DNA of 64,000 nt from Syntrophales bacterium (GTDB taxonomy: Bacteria; Desulfobacterota; Syntrophia; Syntrophales; UBA2185), in NCBI GenBank assembly GCA_049512055.1, contig JBEKXK010000002.1, positions 11,639 through 75,638 of the forward strand, in the 5' to 3' direction. Position numbers and translations under genes: made by a program. Positions 8,947-17,544 of the stretch are shown piece by piece. Position 1 is the first letter of the stretch, and each line of letters starts with the position of its first letter. The notes under the pieces were generated by a model. It had not been told where the DNA came from. It searched no databases and worked only from the letters and a program-made list of their open reading frames with translations.

Positions 8947-10223
8947 TGGAAGGTATTCTCCTGTTTGGCCTCTTCCTCCTGATCCTTTTCGCGGGTGTTC
9001 CTGTCGCTGTCGCTTTGGGAACTGTCTCCCTTTTTCTCATCTGGCTCTATAATTTAGGCATCTCCGGCGTATCTCCGAATTTTTATGCCGGCATCGCCAA
9101 GTTCCAGCTCCTGGCTATTCCTTTCTTTATTCTGGCTGGCCTGATCATGGACCGCTGCGGCATCTCGAAAAGGTTGGTTCATCTGATCAGCCTCATCATA
9201 GGGCCTATTCATGGGGGGCTTGCCCTGGTGACTGTCATTGTCGGTTTGATTTTTGCCGGGATATCCGGCTCCGGTCCGGCGGACACGGCGGCCCTGGGAA
9301 CCATTCTTATCACAGCCATGGCGGCGAGGGGATACGCGAAGGATTTCAGCGCCGCCCTGATCGCCGCATCGGGCTCTCTGGCAATCATCGTTCCTCCCAG
9401 CATCGCCTTCATAATCTACGGGGTCATCACAGGCACCTCGATCCCCGCCCTTTTCGCTGCCGGCGTGTTACCCGGTATCATCACCGGCCTTGTTCTTATG
9501 ATCCCCTCCTATATCATCTCAAGGAAAAGGGGCTGGAGAGGTGAGAGATGGGGAACACGCAAAGAAATCTGGGACGCCTTCAAGGAGGCCTTCTGGGGGC
9601 TCATGGCCCCATTCGTCATCCTGGGCGGCATGTACGGCGGTATCTTCACGCCGACGGAAGCAGCAGTGGTTGCCGTGTTCTATGGATTGTTCGTGGGCAT
9701 GGTCATCTATCGCGAGCTTGATTTTCACGCTCTCTATGAACTGCTCCGCGACACCGTTTTGTCTTCAGCAGTCATCATGATCATCGTGGGATTTGCCGGC
9801 CTTTATGCCTGGACCGGATCTACCATAGGAGTCATGGACAAGTTCTCCAGCTCTATTCTCTCTCTGTCCACGAATCCCGCTGTTCTTCTCGTGCTTATCA
9901 ACATCATGCTGCTCATCGCCGGCATGCTCATGGATGCGATTTCCATCTATTACATATTCCTCCCTATGCTGATTCCGCTCATCAAGATCTTTAACTGGGA
10001 CCCCATCTGGTTCGGCGTTGTCATGACAGTCAACCTGGCTATCGGCCAGTTAACTCCGCCTGTGGCGGTGAATCTTTACGTTGTCTGCAACATCGCCAAC
10101 ATATCCCTGGAAGAAGTTTCTAAAGCAGTCCTTCCCTTTATTCTTATTATGATCGTCGCGCTGGCCATCATCATCTATTTCCCCTGGCTGTCGCTGTACC
10201 TGCCTGCGCTGTTTAAGTTGTAG
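8946..10223 (+). CDS. dctM: TRAP transporter large permease (DctM family)
   Basis: 425-aa polytopic protein. The start overlaps the dctQ stop (ATGA-type coupling). The sequence is typical of DctM. Confidence 0.92.
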   Translation: MEGILLFGLFLLILFAGVPVAVALGTVSLFLIWLYNLGISGVSPNFYAGIAKFQLLAIPFFILAGLIMDRCGISKRLVHLISLIIGPIHGGLALVTVIVGLIFAGISGSGPADTAALGTILITAMAARGYAKDFSAALIAASGSLAIIVPPSIAFIIYGVITGTSIPALFAAGVLPGIITGLVLMIPSYIISRKRGWRGERWGTRKEIWDAFKEAFWGLMAPFVILGGMYGGIFTPTEAAVVAVFYGLFVGMVIYRELDFHALYELLRDTVLSSAVIMIIVGFAGLYAWTGSTIGVMDKFSSSILSLSTNPAVLLVLINIMLLIAGMLMDAISIYYIFLPMLIPLIKIFNWDPIWFGVVMTVNLAIGQLTPPVAVNLYVVCNIANISLEEVSKAVLPFILIMIVALAIIIYFPWLSLYLPALFKL

Positions 10224-10442
10224 CATGGGCACTGATTTCAATTTGAACCGTAGCCCTCTCATTTAGTACAAATTAAGGGGGGGGTCTATTGATCACGATA
10301 TGGAATGTGATAGACGGCGGCGTATTCTATGCGCGGTGGTCGTGCCATGGCTGTTCACTACTGGCTTCATGAACACTGTCAAGATTAAAAACCTGACCTA
10401 CTCTTGCAGCATGGTTGCCCGAACCTTAATGTCTTCTCTCAG

Positions 10443-10733
10443 TTAATGAACCTTCTGTTCTCCCGGATCAATTAGTTTCACGGTCCCGAATTTATCTTCA
10501 TACTGTTTCAGGTTTATCGTTAGGGCTTCGATCGCTCTCTTAACATTGCCCGGACTCAGTATTATTCTTGAAACCAAGTGAGTCCCATTGGGCGAGCTTA
10601 AGAGCCAGTCAATAATGAACTCTTCCGGGCTATGTGCGACCAGCATCAAATTGCTGTATCTGCCTCTCGATATTTCATCAACGGTATTAATCTGGACCTG
10701 CTGGGGTTGCTTGGGATCAGATTTGTCTGCCAT
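10443..10733 (-). CDS. DUF3467-family small protein
   Basis: 96 aa. The core RGRYSNLMLVAHSPEEFIIDW is recalled as the DUF3467 signature (recall only). AAGGAGAG SD upstream. Confidence 0.7.
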   Translation of the reverse strand: MADKSDPKQPQQVQINTVDEISRGRYSNLMLVAHSPEEFIIDWLLSSPNGTHLVSRIILSPGNVKRAIEALTINLKQYEDKFGTVKLIDPGEQKVH

Positions 10734-10779
10734 ATTGCTCTCCTTTATTGTGGAAAAAGGTGACGGCTCTATTTATTGC

Positions 10780-10836
10780 GGCTCTGGGGCCGCAATACCT
10801 ATTTCAAAAATCTGTATTATGTCCCCAGATTATTAA
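10780..10836. repeat. 57-bp hairpin-containing direct repeat, copy 1 (degenerate stem)
   Basis: ggctctggggccgcaatacctatttcaaaaatctgtattatgtccccagattattaa. It matches 11303..11359 at all but 2 positions (both in the left stem arm). It contains the stop codon and last codons of ORF 10817..11197. Confidence 0.85.
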
Positions 10837-11197
10837 TGTCTTCGAATTGAAGAATTGGCCACACTTCACCCGGTGAGATCGTGTCCATGCCTGACGGATT
10901 CCAACAGATACTGGCTCCTTCTATGGCTAAGTGCTTTATAAAATCAAAAGAAGTTAATACCTGTTTTTTGCCATCTATTACAAAAAAAGCCTTTTTTATT
11001 ATGGCAGGACCTACTCCCCTATTGTGAAGAACTATTGATAGAGGGCGATCTGAAACATCCCAGTATTCAAAAGCCAGAATGGGTTTAACTGCAAGGCGAT
11101 TATGTTTTCTATGAGTTAAACCTTGCCAGACAGATACAATCAGCGCCGAAATTGCTATGACAACGGCTGAAATTGATATTATAGTATTCTCATTCAT
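10817..11197 (-). CDS. hypothetical single-pass membrane protein in AT-rich island
   Basis: 126-aa ORF with an N-terminal TM (IISISAVVIAISALIVSVW). No SD, low G+C, no recognised family. Confidence 0.4.
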   Translation of the reverse strand: MNENTIISISAVVIAISALIVSVWQGLTHRKHNRLAVKPILAFEYWDVSDRPLSIVLHNRGVGPAIIKKAFFVIDGKKQVLTSFDFIKHLAIEGASICWNPSGMDTISPGEVWPILQFEDINNLGT

Positions 11198-11302
11198 ATA
11201 TTCTTAGGCACGTAATACAAATTTAGTTGATCATCAATAGACGTCTGGCAATCTCCTCAAGCATCTCCAAAATTCTGAAGATTATGATGCGAACTCTATA
11301 TG

Positions 11303-11359
11303 GGCTCTGGGGACACAATACCTATTTCAAAAATCTGTATTATGTCCCCAGATTATTAA
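11303..11359. repeat. 57-bp hairpin-containing direct repeat, copy 2 (best stem)
   Basis: ggctctggggacacaatacctatttcaaaaatctgtattatgtccccagattattaa. CTGGGGACAcAATAC pairs with GTATTaTGTCCCCAG as a 15-position stem with one mismatch and a 15-nt loop. Confidence 0.85.
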
Positions 11360-11534
11360 GTGGTTTTTGCATTTTTTCATAGTACCATTCCCCTTTGTTA
11401 TGTCAAGTTAGCAATTACTTAAAAATACACTTGATTTTTGCCCTACAATAATCACAAGAATCCTGATATATTAGTTATTACTCTCGATAAAACTGCAATA
11501 TAGCGATTATAAATAGAACCACCACCGGAAACCA

Positions 11535-12209
11535 ATGGACAATATCTTTAGCGAAAATCTCACTTTTGCAATTGGAATCATTGCGGGCCTCTTCGCTATA
11601 TTGGCTGGCCATCGCCTCTTGATATATCGAGACAAAAGAAGACGAGCCGATGATGCCGCTAATGAACTCAGGAAGGTTCTCAATCAAATGCTTGTTGATG
11701 TCCGTAGCGATAACACTGATGCCATTCTTAATGTTTTCTCCATTGATAAGAAGAGGATCAAGGGACACCATGTTGCATATCTCAACTTTCGCCATCACTT
11801 GAAAGGGGAATGCCGCAATCAGTACGATGATGCATGGAATCAATATCATGACGACTTTATATACCAATGGGATTTCGATGGTTCTCTTCGTGAGAGACTT
11901 GTAAAAGACATAGAAGATTTGCTTCGATTTACGGAATATAGGTTCTTTAAAAATATGTCCCTTATTTGGCAGAAAATATGGTGGAGAATTAGGTTTAAGA
12001 TTTTTGGGTTTATAAAGAAAGGAAGGAGCTTCTTGAAAAATGGGACACACCTCGGAGAGATGAAAAAAGTATCAAAGAAGCCGATAATTCTCTTGATAAA
12101 CTTTTTAGTAAAATCGAGGAAGATGAGGACGATGGGGATTATGATCCACTGGGTAGAAATAAGAAGTAACCACTTTTGCCTTGCCTTCTCTACCCCTGTA
12201 TCAAAGTAA
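11535..12209 (+). CDS. hypothetical membrane-anchored protein (possibly frameshifted) in AT-rich island
   Basis: The first ~135 aa look protein-like (TM FAIGIIAGLFAILAG, then a charged helical region). The tail looks like noise. The +1 frame over about 11990..12170 reads a plausible acidic C-terminus (ELLEKWDTPRRDEKSIKEADNSLDKLFSKIEEDEDDGDYDPLGRNKK). It competes with the antisense ORF 11478..12050, so strand and integrity are uncertain. Confidence 0.35.
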   Translation: MDNIFSENLTFAIGIIAGLFAILAGHRLLIYRDKRRRADDAANELRKVLNQMLVDVRSDNTDAILNVFSIDKKRIKGHHVAYLNFRHHLKGECRNQYDDAWNQYHDDFIYQWDFDGSLRERLVKDIEDLLRFTEYRFFKNMSLIWQKIWWRIRFKIFGFIKKGRSFLKNGTHLGEMKKVSKKPIILLINFLVKSRKMRTMGIMIHWVEIRSNHFCLAFSTPVSK

Positions 12210-12292
12210 CAATCACCAAAAGAATACTAGAAAAATACGGGGAAATATTAATGCAAAACAAATAACAGCAGTGTGTCCATAAATTCGAAATG

Positions 12293-13165
12293 CTATAGGG
12301 AATTTCCCATCCAGCTTGCAGTGTATTCGCAAAGGCCGGCCGGCTTTTCGATATTTGGCTCCTTAATTTCCCACTTACCTTTCAAGCCAAGTTCGCGCGC
12401 GGTGAGTTCAAAGTGGCACATGGCGATGCCCATATCCACCCGCTGCAAATCCGCTATGTTCAAGAGCCTGAAGGTAAGGCTGTTGCCGTACCCCCGGGTG
12501 CGCTGCATATAGAAGTGCCAGAAATCCCCGTCTTTGATGATTCTCCAGGGCTGCTTGTTTGAAGCGGAAGGCGCGATCCGCACCATTTCCAGCGGCGCCG
12601 CATGCGGACTGGCTTCATCAGGCGAGAGAGGAACACCGAATTTCTCCCGGAAGAAAAGATTTTCCCAAGGTTTGCGGTTGTGCCCTCCCACAAGCTGACG
12701 GATCGTGACGCCCGATTGCTCCCTCTTCAATATATATCCTACGGAAGCCACGGCAGGCACAAGCTCGAGAACTGTCGCAGAAATTTTTCTTGCAAAGCTG
12801 CTCCTGGTGAAACTGCCTCCCAGCCAGCAAGTGCCGAGCCCCATATCCGTCGCAAAGAGAATCGCTCTCTCCATCATGTAGCCAAAGTCTTCCAGGTTCT
12901 TTGCAGAAGGTCCCACAGCGCCCACGATAAATCCTGCGGCGTCCTTGATAAAGCCGTATGTGCCCAGTCCCTTCAGGGCCTTTCGGTCCTGATCCGTTGC
13001 TGCGATGAGTTTAAAACGCACCGCCGTGCCGAATGGTCCCGCGCCGGTTGCAGACAGGAAATCGGACAGACGCTCCCGGTCTTCTTCCGCGATGGGCTTA
13101 TCAATATATGTCCGGCAGGAAAAGCGTTTCCGAATAATCTCTGTTACGGGCTTGCTGTAAAGCAT
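12293..13165 (-). CDS. nitroreductase-family protein
   Basis: 290 aa with an N-terminal RKRFSCRTY motif and a PSASNKQPWR motif, both typical of the nitroreductase fold. Confidence 0.85.
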   Translation of the reverse strand: MLYSKPVTEIIRKRFSCRTYIDKPIAEEDRERLSDFLSATGAGPFGTAVRFKLIAATDQDRKALKGLGTYGFIKDAAGFIVGAVGPSAKNLEDFGYMMERAILFATDMGLGTCWLGGSFTRSSFARKISATVLELVPAVASVGYILKREQSGVTIRQLVGGHNRKPWENLFFREKFGVPLSPDEASPHAAPLEMVRIAPSASNKQPWRIIKDGDFWHFYMQRTRGYGNSLTFRLLNIADLQRVDMGIAMCHFELTARELGLKGKWEIKEPNIEKPAGLCEYTASWMGNSL

Positions 13166-13211
13166 GATTCCTCACCATTCACCCAAGTTCCCGAGGATAA
13201 AATCCCCCCAA

Positions 13212-13297
13212 CCCCCTTTATAAAAAGGGGGCGGACGGGGAATTTTCCCTTTAATAAAAGGGAGACTTGAAATCTGGATTCCCATCTTCATGGGAAT
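13212..13297 (-). terminator. cluster of three short perfect hairpins downstream of the MFS gene
   Basis: CCCCCTTT-ataa-AAAGGGGG (13212..13231), CCCTTT-aata-AAAGGG (13247..13262) and ATTCCCAT-cttc-ATGGGAAT (13278..13297). They lie between the MFS stop (13333) and the nitroreductase start (13165). Function (terminator versus REP-like element) is not established. Confidence 0.4.
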
Positions 13298-13332
13298 GAC
13301 CAGTGGAATATGTCCATCTGTAAGACGCTACA

Positions 13333-14466
13333 CTAACTGCCGGAGGCAGGAGGGCGGGCCGGCACGGTTACAAACATACCGCCCACGCATAAGGCGGCAG
13401 CGAAAAGCATAACGCCGCGATACCCCCATCCCTGGGCAATGAGACCGCCGAGGATCGGACCCACGGCATTGCATAAATTAAGGGTAGACTGGAAGATGCC
13501 CCCCGCAGTACCCTTTTCTTTTCCGGCACGCAATACGATCAGCAAGCCGCCGACATAGAGGCATGACCAGGCCACTCCCAGGATCACCTGCACTATAACC
13601 AGGGCAAACCGGCTTGTCAAAAAAGCATACGCTGTGAAGACGAAAATTGAAAGCACTTGACCCCAGAAAAAAGTCTTGAACTCCGAAAACCTCTCGAGCT
13701 GTCGCATTACCAAAAATTGCACGGCATAATTAACTCCCCATAAGATACCGATCCAAAAATGATCGAGTCCTATGGAGACCAGATACAGCGGAAAAATGAT
13801 CCAGATGGCGCTGGCCCCCAGATGACGGAGGAAAACAGCAAGGTAAACCCTATAGTCCCGTCGCATTACAAGCCACAGATTGGGAGGTTTGGAAAATTTA
13901 TGCGAAGGCATCTTTTGAAAGGCCAGAGAGATGAAAAAGGCCAGCAGGCAAAAGAGAAAACTGAGCCAGAAAAGAAGTTCGATGTCGCCAACCATTGCTG
14001 CCGCGGCAGCGCCGAAAATCCATCCGAGGGACCCGTAGGAGCTGTATTTCCCCATATTGGCGCCGCATTCAAAGGCGTAAGTGATCATTGCCGCAACGGC
14101 AATGCCGAGGGCAAAGCCTACGGCCGCCCGAACGATAATTAATGCCGGGACGCTGTGCGCGAGGAGTTGGGCGGCAAAGGCCACACTGCTCATCAGAAGC
14201 CCCCACCGCACAAAGAGAAGCCTTCCCAGGTGGTCGGATTTCCAGCCCGAAATAAGAGAAGAAAATAGGAACGCGATCCCGTAGGCTGCGCCCACAACGC
14301 CGACCTCAAAGTCGGACGCACCCAATTGTGCACCCAGGAGGGGAACAAAGATAAATGAACTCATCGTAGCGAAGCTGAGAAAAAAGTTAACGAGGCCTAT
14401 GAGCCAGCGGTAAGACCCAGCCCCTGCCTGATCTACCTTCTCTATAATAATATCTTGTTCTAACAT
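13333..14466 (-). CDS. MFS transporter
   Basis: 377 aa with about 11-12 hydrophobic helices and an MFS motif-A-like GWKSDHLGRLLF. Confidence 0.9.
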   Translation of the reverse strand: MLEQDIIIEKVDQAGAGSYRWLIGLVNFFLSFATMSSFIFVPLLGAQLGASDFEVGVVGAAYGIAFLFSSLISGWKSDHLGRLLFVRWGLLMSSVAFAAQLLAHSVPALIIVRAAVGFALGIAVAAMITYAFECGANMGKYSSYGSLGWIFGAAAAAMVGDIELLFWLSFLFCLLAFFISLAFQKMPSHKFSKPPNLWLVMRRDYRVYLAVFLRHLGASAIWIIFPLYLVSIGLDHFWIGILWGVNYAVQFLVMRQLERFSEFKTFFWGQVLSIFVFTAYAFLTSRFALVIVQVILGVAWSCLYVGGLLIVLRAGKEKGTAGGIFQSTLNLCNAVGPILGGLIAQGWGYRGVMLFAAALCVGGMFVTVPARPPASGS

Positions 14467-14511
14467 GATGGTTCATTATCGCATAAATGCATGTGTCATA
14501 TCAATTCGTAC

Positions 14512-14544
14512 AAAAACAGAAAAACCCCGAAAGTACCTCCGGGG
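14512..14544 (-). terminator. Rho-independent terminator closing the kor-hdr-pspC operon
   Basis: Minus strand reads CCCCGGAGGTACTTTCGGGG followed by TTTTTCTGTTTTT. Confidence 0.65.
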
Positions 14545-14579
14545 CTCGTTTTCTTAATTGCCGGGAACATTATTTAATC

Positions 14580-14692
14580 GAAGCTCTCCGCAGCAAGCTG
14601 CGGAGAATCTTCGATTCTTAAGGAACAGTATCGTTCGTCATTCGCTCGCTTACCCCGCAGCACGCCACGGGGAATGCACTTGCTACCGAATT
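14580..14692. repeat. 113-bp intergenic repeat, copy A
   Basis: Same length and orientation as 17420..17532, with 11 mismatches counted by eye (~90% identity). Contains the hairpin GAAG-ct-CTCCGCAGC-aa-GCTGCGGAG-aat-CTTC and a CCCCG...CGGGG stem. Confidence 0.9.
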
Positions 14693-14716
14693 CATCGCTC
14701 TTATATCTTTTGTGTC

Positions 14717-14923
14717 CTAACCCCGATCCCTAGATGTATCCGGCCTCTTCGGAATTATGAGCCACATGGCAAAGTAGGCGGGAATGGCAAACCCGAATGA
14801 TAAGAGGACAAGCATAATAAAAATAATTCTTATCAAGGTGGCATCCCGGTCAAAATACTCCCCGATGCCCCCGCAGACGCCTCCTATTTTCTTGTCAGTA
14901 GACGAAAGATATAACCTTTTCAT
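14717..14923 (-). CDS. PspC-domain membrane protein
   Basis: 68 aa. KKIGGVCGGIGEYFDRDATLIRIIF followed by a TM helix is typical of a PspC domain. Confidence 0.8.
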   Translation of the reverse strand: MKRLYLSSTDKKIGGVCGGIGEYFDRDATLIRIIFIMLVLLSFGFAIPAYFAMWLIIPKRPDTSRDRG

Positions 14924-14945
14924 TTGAACACCTCTTTGAAATCAA

Positions 14946-17402
14946 TTAACCATCTTTTGCAGCGGCCGACCCCTTGCTCTTCGAACGAGTCTTCTGCTCC
15001 TTCACTATGCGTATCGTTTCTCGGACTTCCTTGGGAGTGACGCTCTTCCTGATCTTCTCCATCTTCTCCATGACCTCTTGAAAGCGAAGTCCTTCCGCCG
15101 CGCTTATCCACTCCAGGGCCAGCCTTTCCGTGCGGAGGCCCATCTTTTCCATCTTCTTCCAGATGCGCTTGATACGCCGCTCTGTCCACTGATTGGCGTT
15201 CATGTAGTGGCAGTCGCCTATGTGACAGCCCGATACCAGCACTACGGGCGCCCCTTTGGCAAAGGCACGCCAGATGAACTTCTCGTGCACCCTGCCGGAG
15301 CACATGGTCCGGATCAGGCGGGTGTTGTGCGAGTAGTGAAGCCGCGATACACCGGCGATATCGGCTCCTGCATAGGAGCACCAGTTGCATGCGAAGACCG
15401 GTATCCTCTCGGCGGCATTCCCTTCGAGCACGGCGTCAATCTGAGCCTCAATCTGCGCGTCTGTAAAATGATTCATCATAATAGCCATGGTGGGGCATTC
15501 AGCCGCGCATGTGCCGCAGCCCGAACATGCCGCTTCGGTGACTACTGCTGCCGTCTTCGCCCTTGTGTCCACGCTGATGGCATTGTACGGGCACACCTTT
15601 GCACACAGGCCGCAGGAGTTGCATAGTTCGGGATCAACTGCCGCTGTGATCGCCTCCACAGTGAGCGATCCGGGATTCATGAGGCGCATGGCCCGGGCAG
15701 TGGCTGCAGAGGCCTGGGTGACGGAATCTTTTATGTCTTTGGGACCTTCGGCGCAGCCGGCAAAGAAGATCCCCCGTGTCGCTGAATCCACGGGCTGCAG
15801 CTTCGGGTGGGCCTCCAGGTAGAAGCCGTCCGATGTTGTCTGGAGGGCCAGCATCTCCTGAATAGTCTTCATGTCTGCCGGAGGTTCGAGGCCTACAGCG
15901 AGGACAGCCATTTCCGTGTGGTGGCTCTCCAACTCATTTGTAGCTGTGTTTTCCACTGTCAACACAAGATCCCGCGTTGCGGGGTCCTGCTTAATGTCAC
16001 CGGGAAGGCCCCGGATGTAACGGACACCCATACCCTTGCTGCGCCGGAAGAGATCCTCGAATCCCTTGCCAAAGGCCCGGATGTCAATATAGAACACCTT
16101 CACCTCCATGTCCGGATAGTGTTCTTTGAGCATGATCGTGCTCTTCACAGTGTTCATGCAGCAGATATTCGAACAGTAGGGCCTGCCCCGGCGCTGGGAT
16201 CGGGAGCCCACGCATTGTATGAAGGCGACGGACTTGGGAATCTTACCATCTGTAAGGCGGATGACCTTGCCGCTCGTAGGCCCGCCGGCATTGATCAGGC
16301 GCTCGAGCTCCATGCTCGTCAGCACGTTCTCGTAGCGGGTGTAGCCATACTCATCGAGAATAGTCGGATCATAGGCCTCCATGCCCGTGGCCACGATGAT
16401 TGTGCCGACGTCGAACTCCATCTCTTCATCGTTCATGTCGAAGTCGATGCAGCGCTTCTTGCATTTTTCTATGCACTTTCCGCAGATGATGGGATTGTGA
16501 CCCAGGCATCGGGTGATATCGACGGCAAAAGCCCCCGGCACCGCTTGAGGAAAAGGCGAATAGATGGCCCGGCGGGAGCTCAGTCCCATGTTGAACTCAT
16601 CGGGAATGATGACCGGGCAGACCTCAACGCAGTCGCCGCATGCCGTACACTCCTTCTCCTTCACGTACCTCGCCCTCTTCAGGATGCGCACATGAAAGCT
16701 GCCCACGAATCCCGTGATCTCTTTTACTTCACTCATCGTTAAGAGCGTAATGTTGGGATGCCGACCGGCATCCGTCATCTTGGGACCGAGTATTCAGATG
16801 GAACAGTCCATAGTGGGAAATGTCTTGTCCAGCCTCGCCATGATGCCGCCGATGCTCGGTTGTTTCTCGACGAGTATCACCTTGTAGCCCGAGTCCGCGA
16901 GATCAAGCGCCGCCTGGATCCCCGCCACACCTCCACCTATAACCAGAGTTGAGGGTGCGACCGGAACATCCATTTCCGTTTGTGCGGCAAGCAGGCGGAC
17001 CCTTGATACGGCGGAGCGCACCAGATCTCTCGCCTTGATAGTGGCATTCTTGGCGTCATGGCTGTGCACCCATGAACATTGCTCACGGATGTTCGCCATC
17101 TCCATAAGGTAAGGGTTCAGTCCGGCCTCACTGACGCACTGCCGGAACGTAGCCTCATGAAGCCGCGGTGAGCACGAGGCCACCACTACACGGTTGAGTC
17201 CAAATTCCTCTATGTCACTCTTGATCTGGTTCTGGCCGGGCTCGGAGCATGTGTATCCCTGGTTCCGGCATATCACAACGTCCGGCAGTTTACCTGCATA
17301 TGCAGCCACTGCATCGCAATCGACAACGCCCGCGATATTAGATCCGCACTGGCAGACATAGACGCCTATTCTGACTGCGTTATCCTGTTTTGATTCTTCC
17401 AT
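14946..17402 (-). CDS. hdrA: heterodisulfide reductase subunit A-like flavoprotein with fused C-terminal MvhD domain; selenocysteine encoded by in-frame UGA at 16794..16796
   Basis: ORFs 16794..17402 and 14946..16778 share one frame and are separated only by TGA plus 5 sense codons. The junction reads [29 protein letters not shown], which places U at the Cys/Sec position of the HdrA motif. Other supporting motifs are the FAD motif [16 protein letters not shown], several CxxCxxCxxxCP clusters, and a C-terminal [15 protein letters not shown] (MvhD/FlpD-type). The full product would be 818 aa. Confidence 0.85.
16756..16773 (-). other. SECIS-like hairpin downstream of the hdrA UGA
   Basis: The mRNA reads GGAUGCC-GGUC-GGCAUCC, a 7-bp stem with a GGUC loop. 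It starts 20 nt after the UGA. Position and a G/U-containing loop resemble bacterial SECIS apical hairpins. Confidence 0.55.
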
Positions 17403-17419
17403 TCATCATCCTCTTTATT

Positions 17420-17532
17420 GAAGCTCTCCGCACCAAGCTGCGGAGGATCTTCGATTCTTAAGGAACATTACTATTCGTCATTCGCTCGCTTACCCCGCGG
17501 CAAGCCACGGGGACTGCGCTCGCTACCGAATT
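17420..17532. repeat. 113-bp intergenic repeat, copy B
   Basis: Counterpart of 14580..14692. It fills most of the gap between the hdrCB-like stop (17545) and the hdrA SD/start (17402). Confidence 0.9.
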
Positions 17533-17544
17533 GAAACCTCTATA

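Noticed and set aside
10780-11359. Interpretation of the 57-bp repeats as integron attC sites or Xer/dif-like sites
   Set aside because: There is no GTTRRRY/RYYYAAC core sites and no integrase or Xer gene nearby. The resemblance to dif is limited to TGTA-TTATGT. The repeats are kept as an unexplained repeat, not as a named recombination site.
11478-12050. 190-aa minus-strand ORF (GTG start) overlapping the + ORF 11535..12209
   Set aside because: Only one strand can reasonably be coding. The + frame has the more protein-like N-terminal 135 aa. I cannot exclude the minus frame or that neither is functional, hence the low confidence on the + call.
15807-16742. 311-aa + ORF and 15078..15822 + ORFs opposite hdrA
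   Set aside because: Antisense to a gene with clear HdrA/MvhD motifs. No motifs and no SD.
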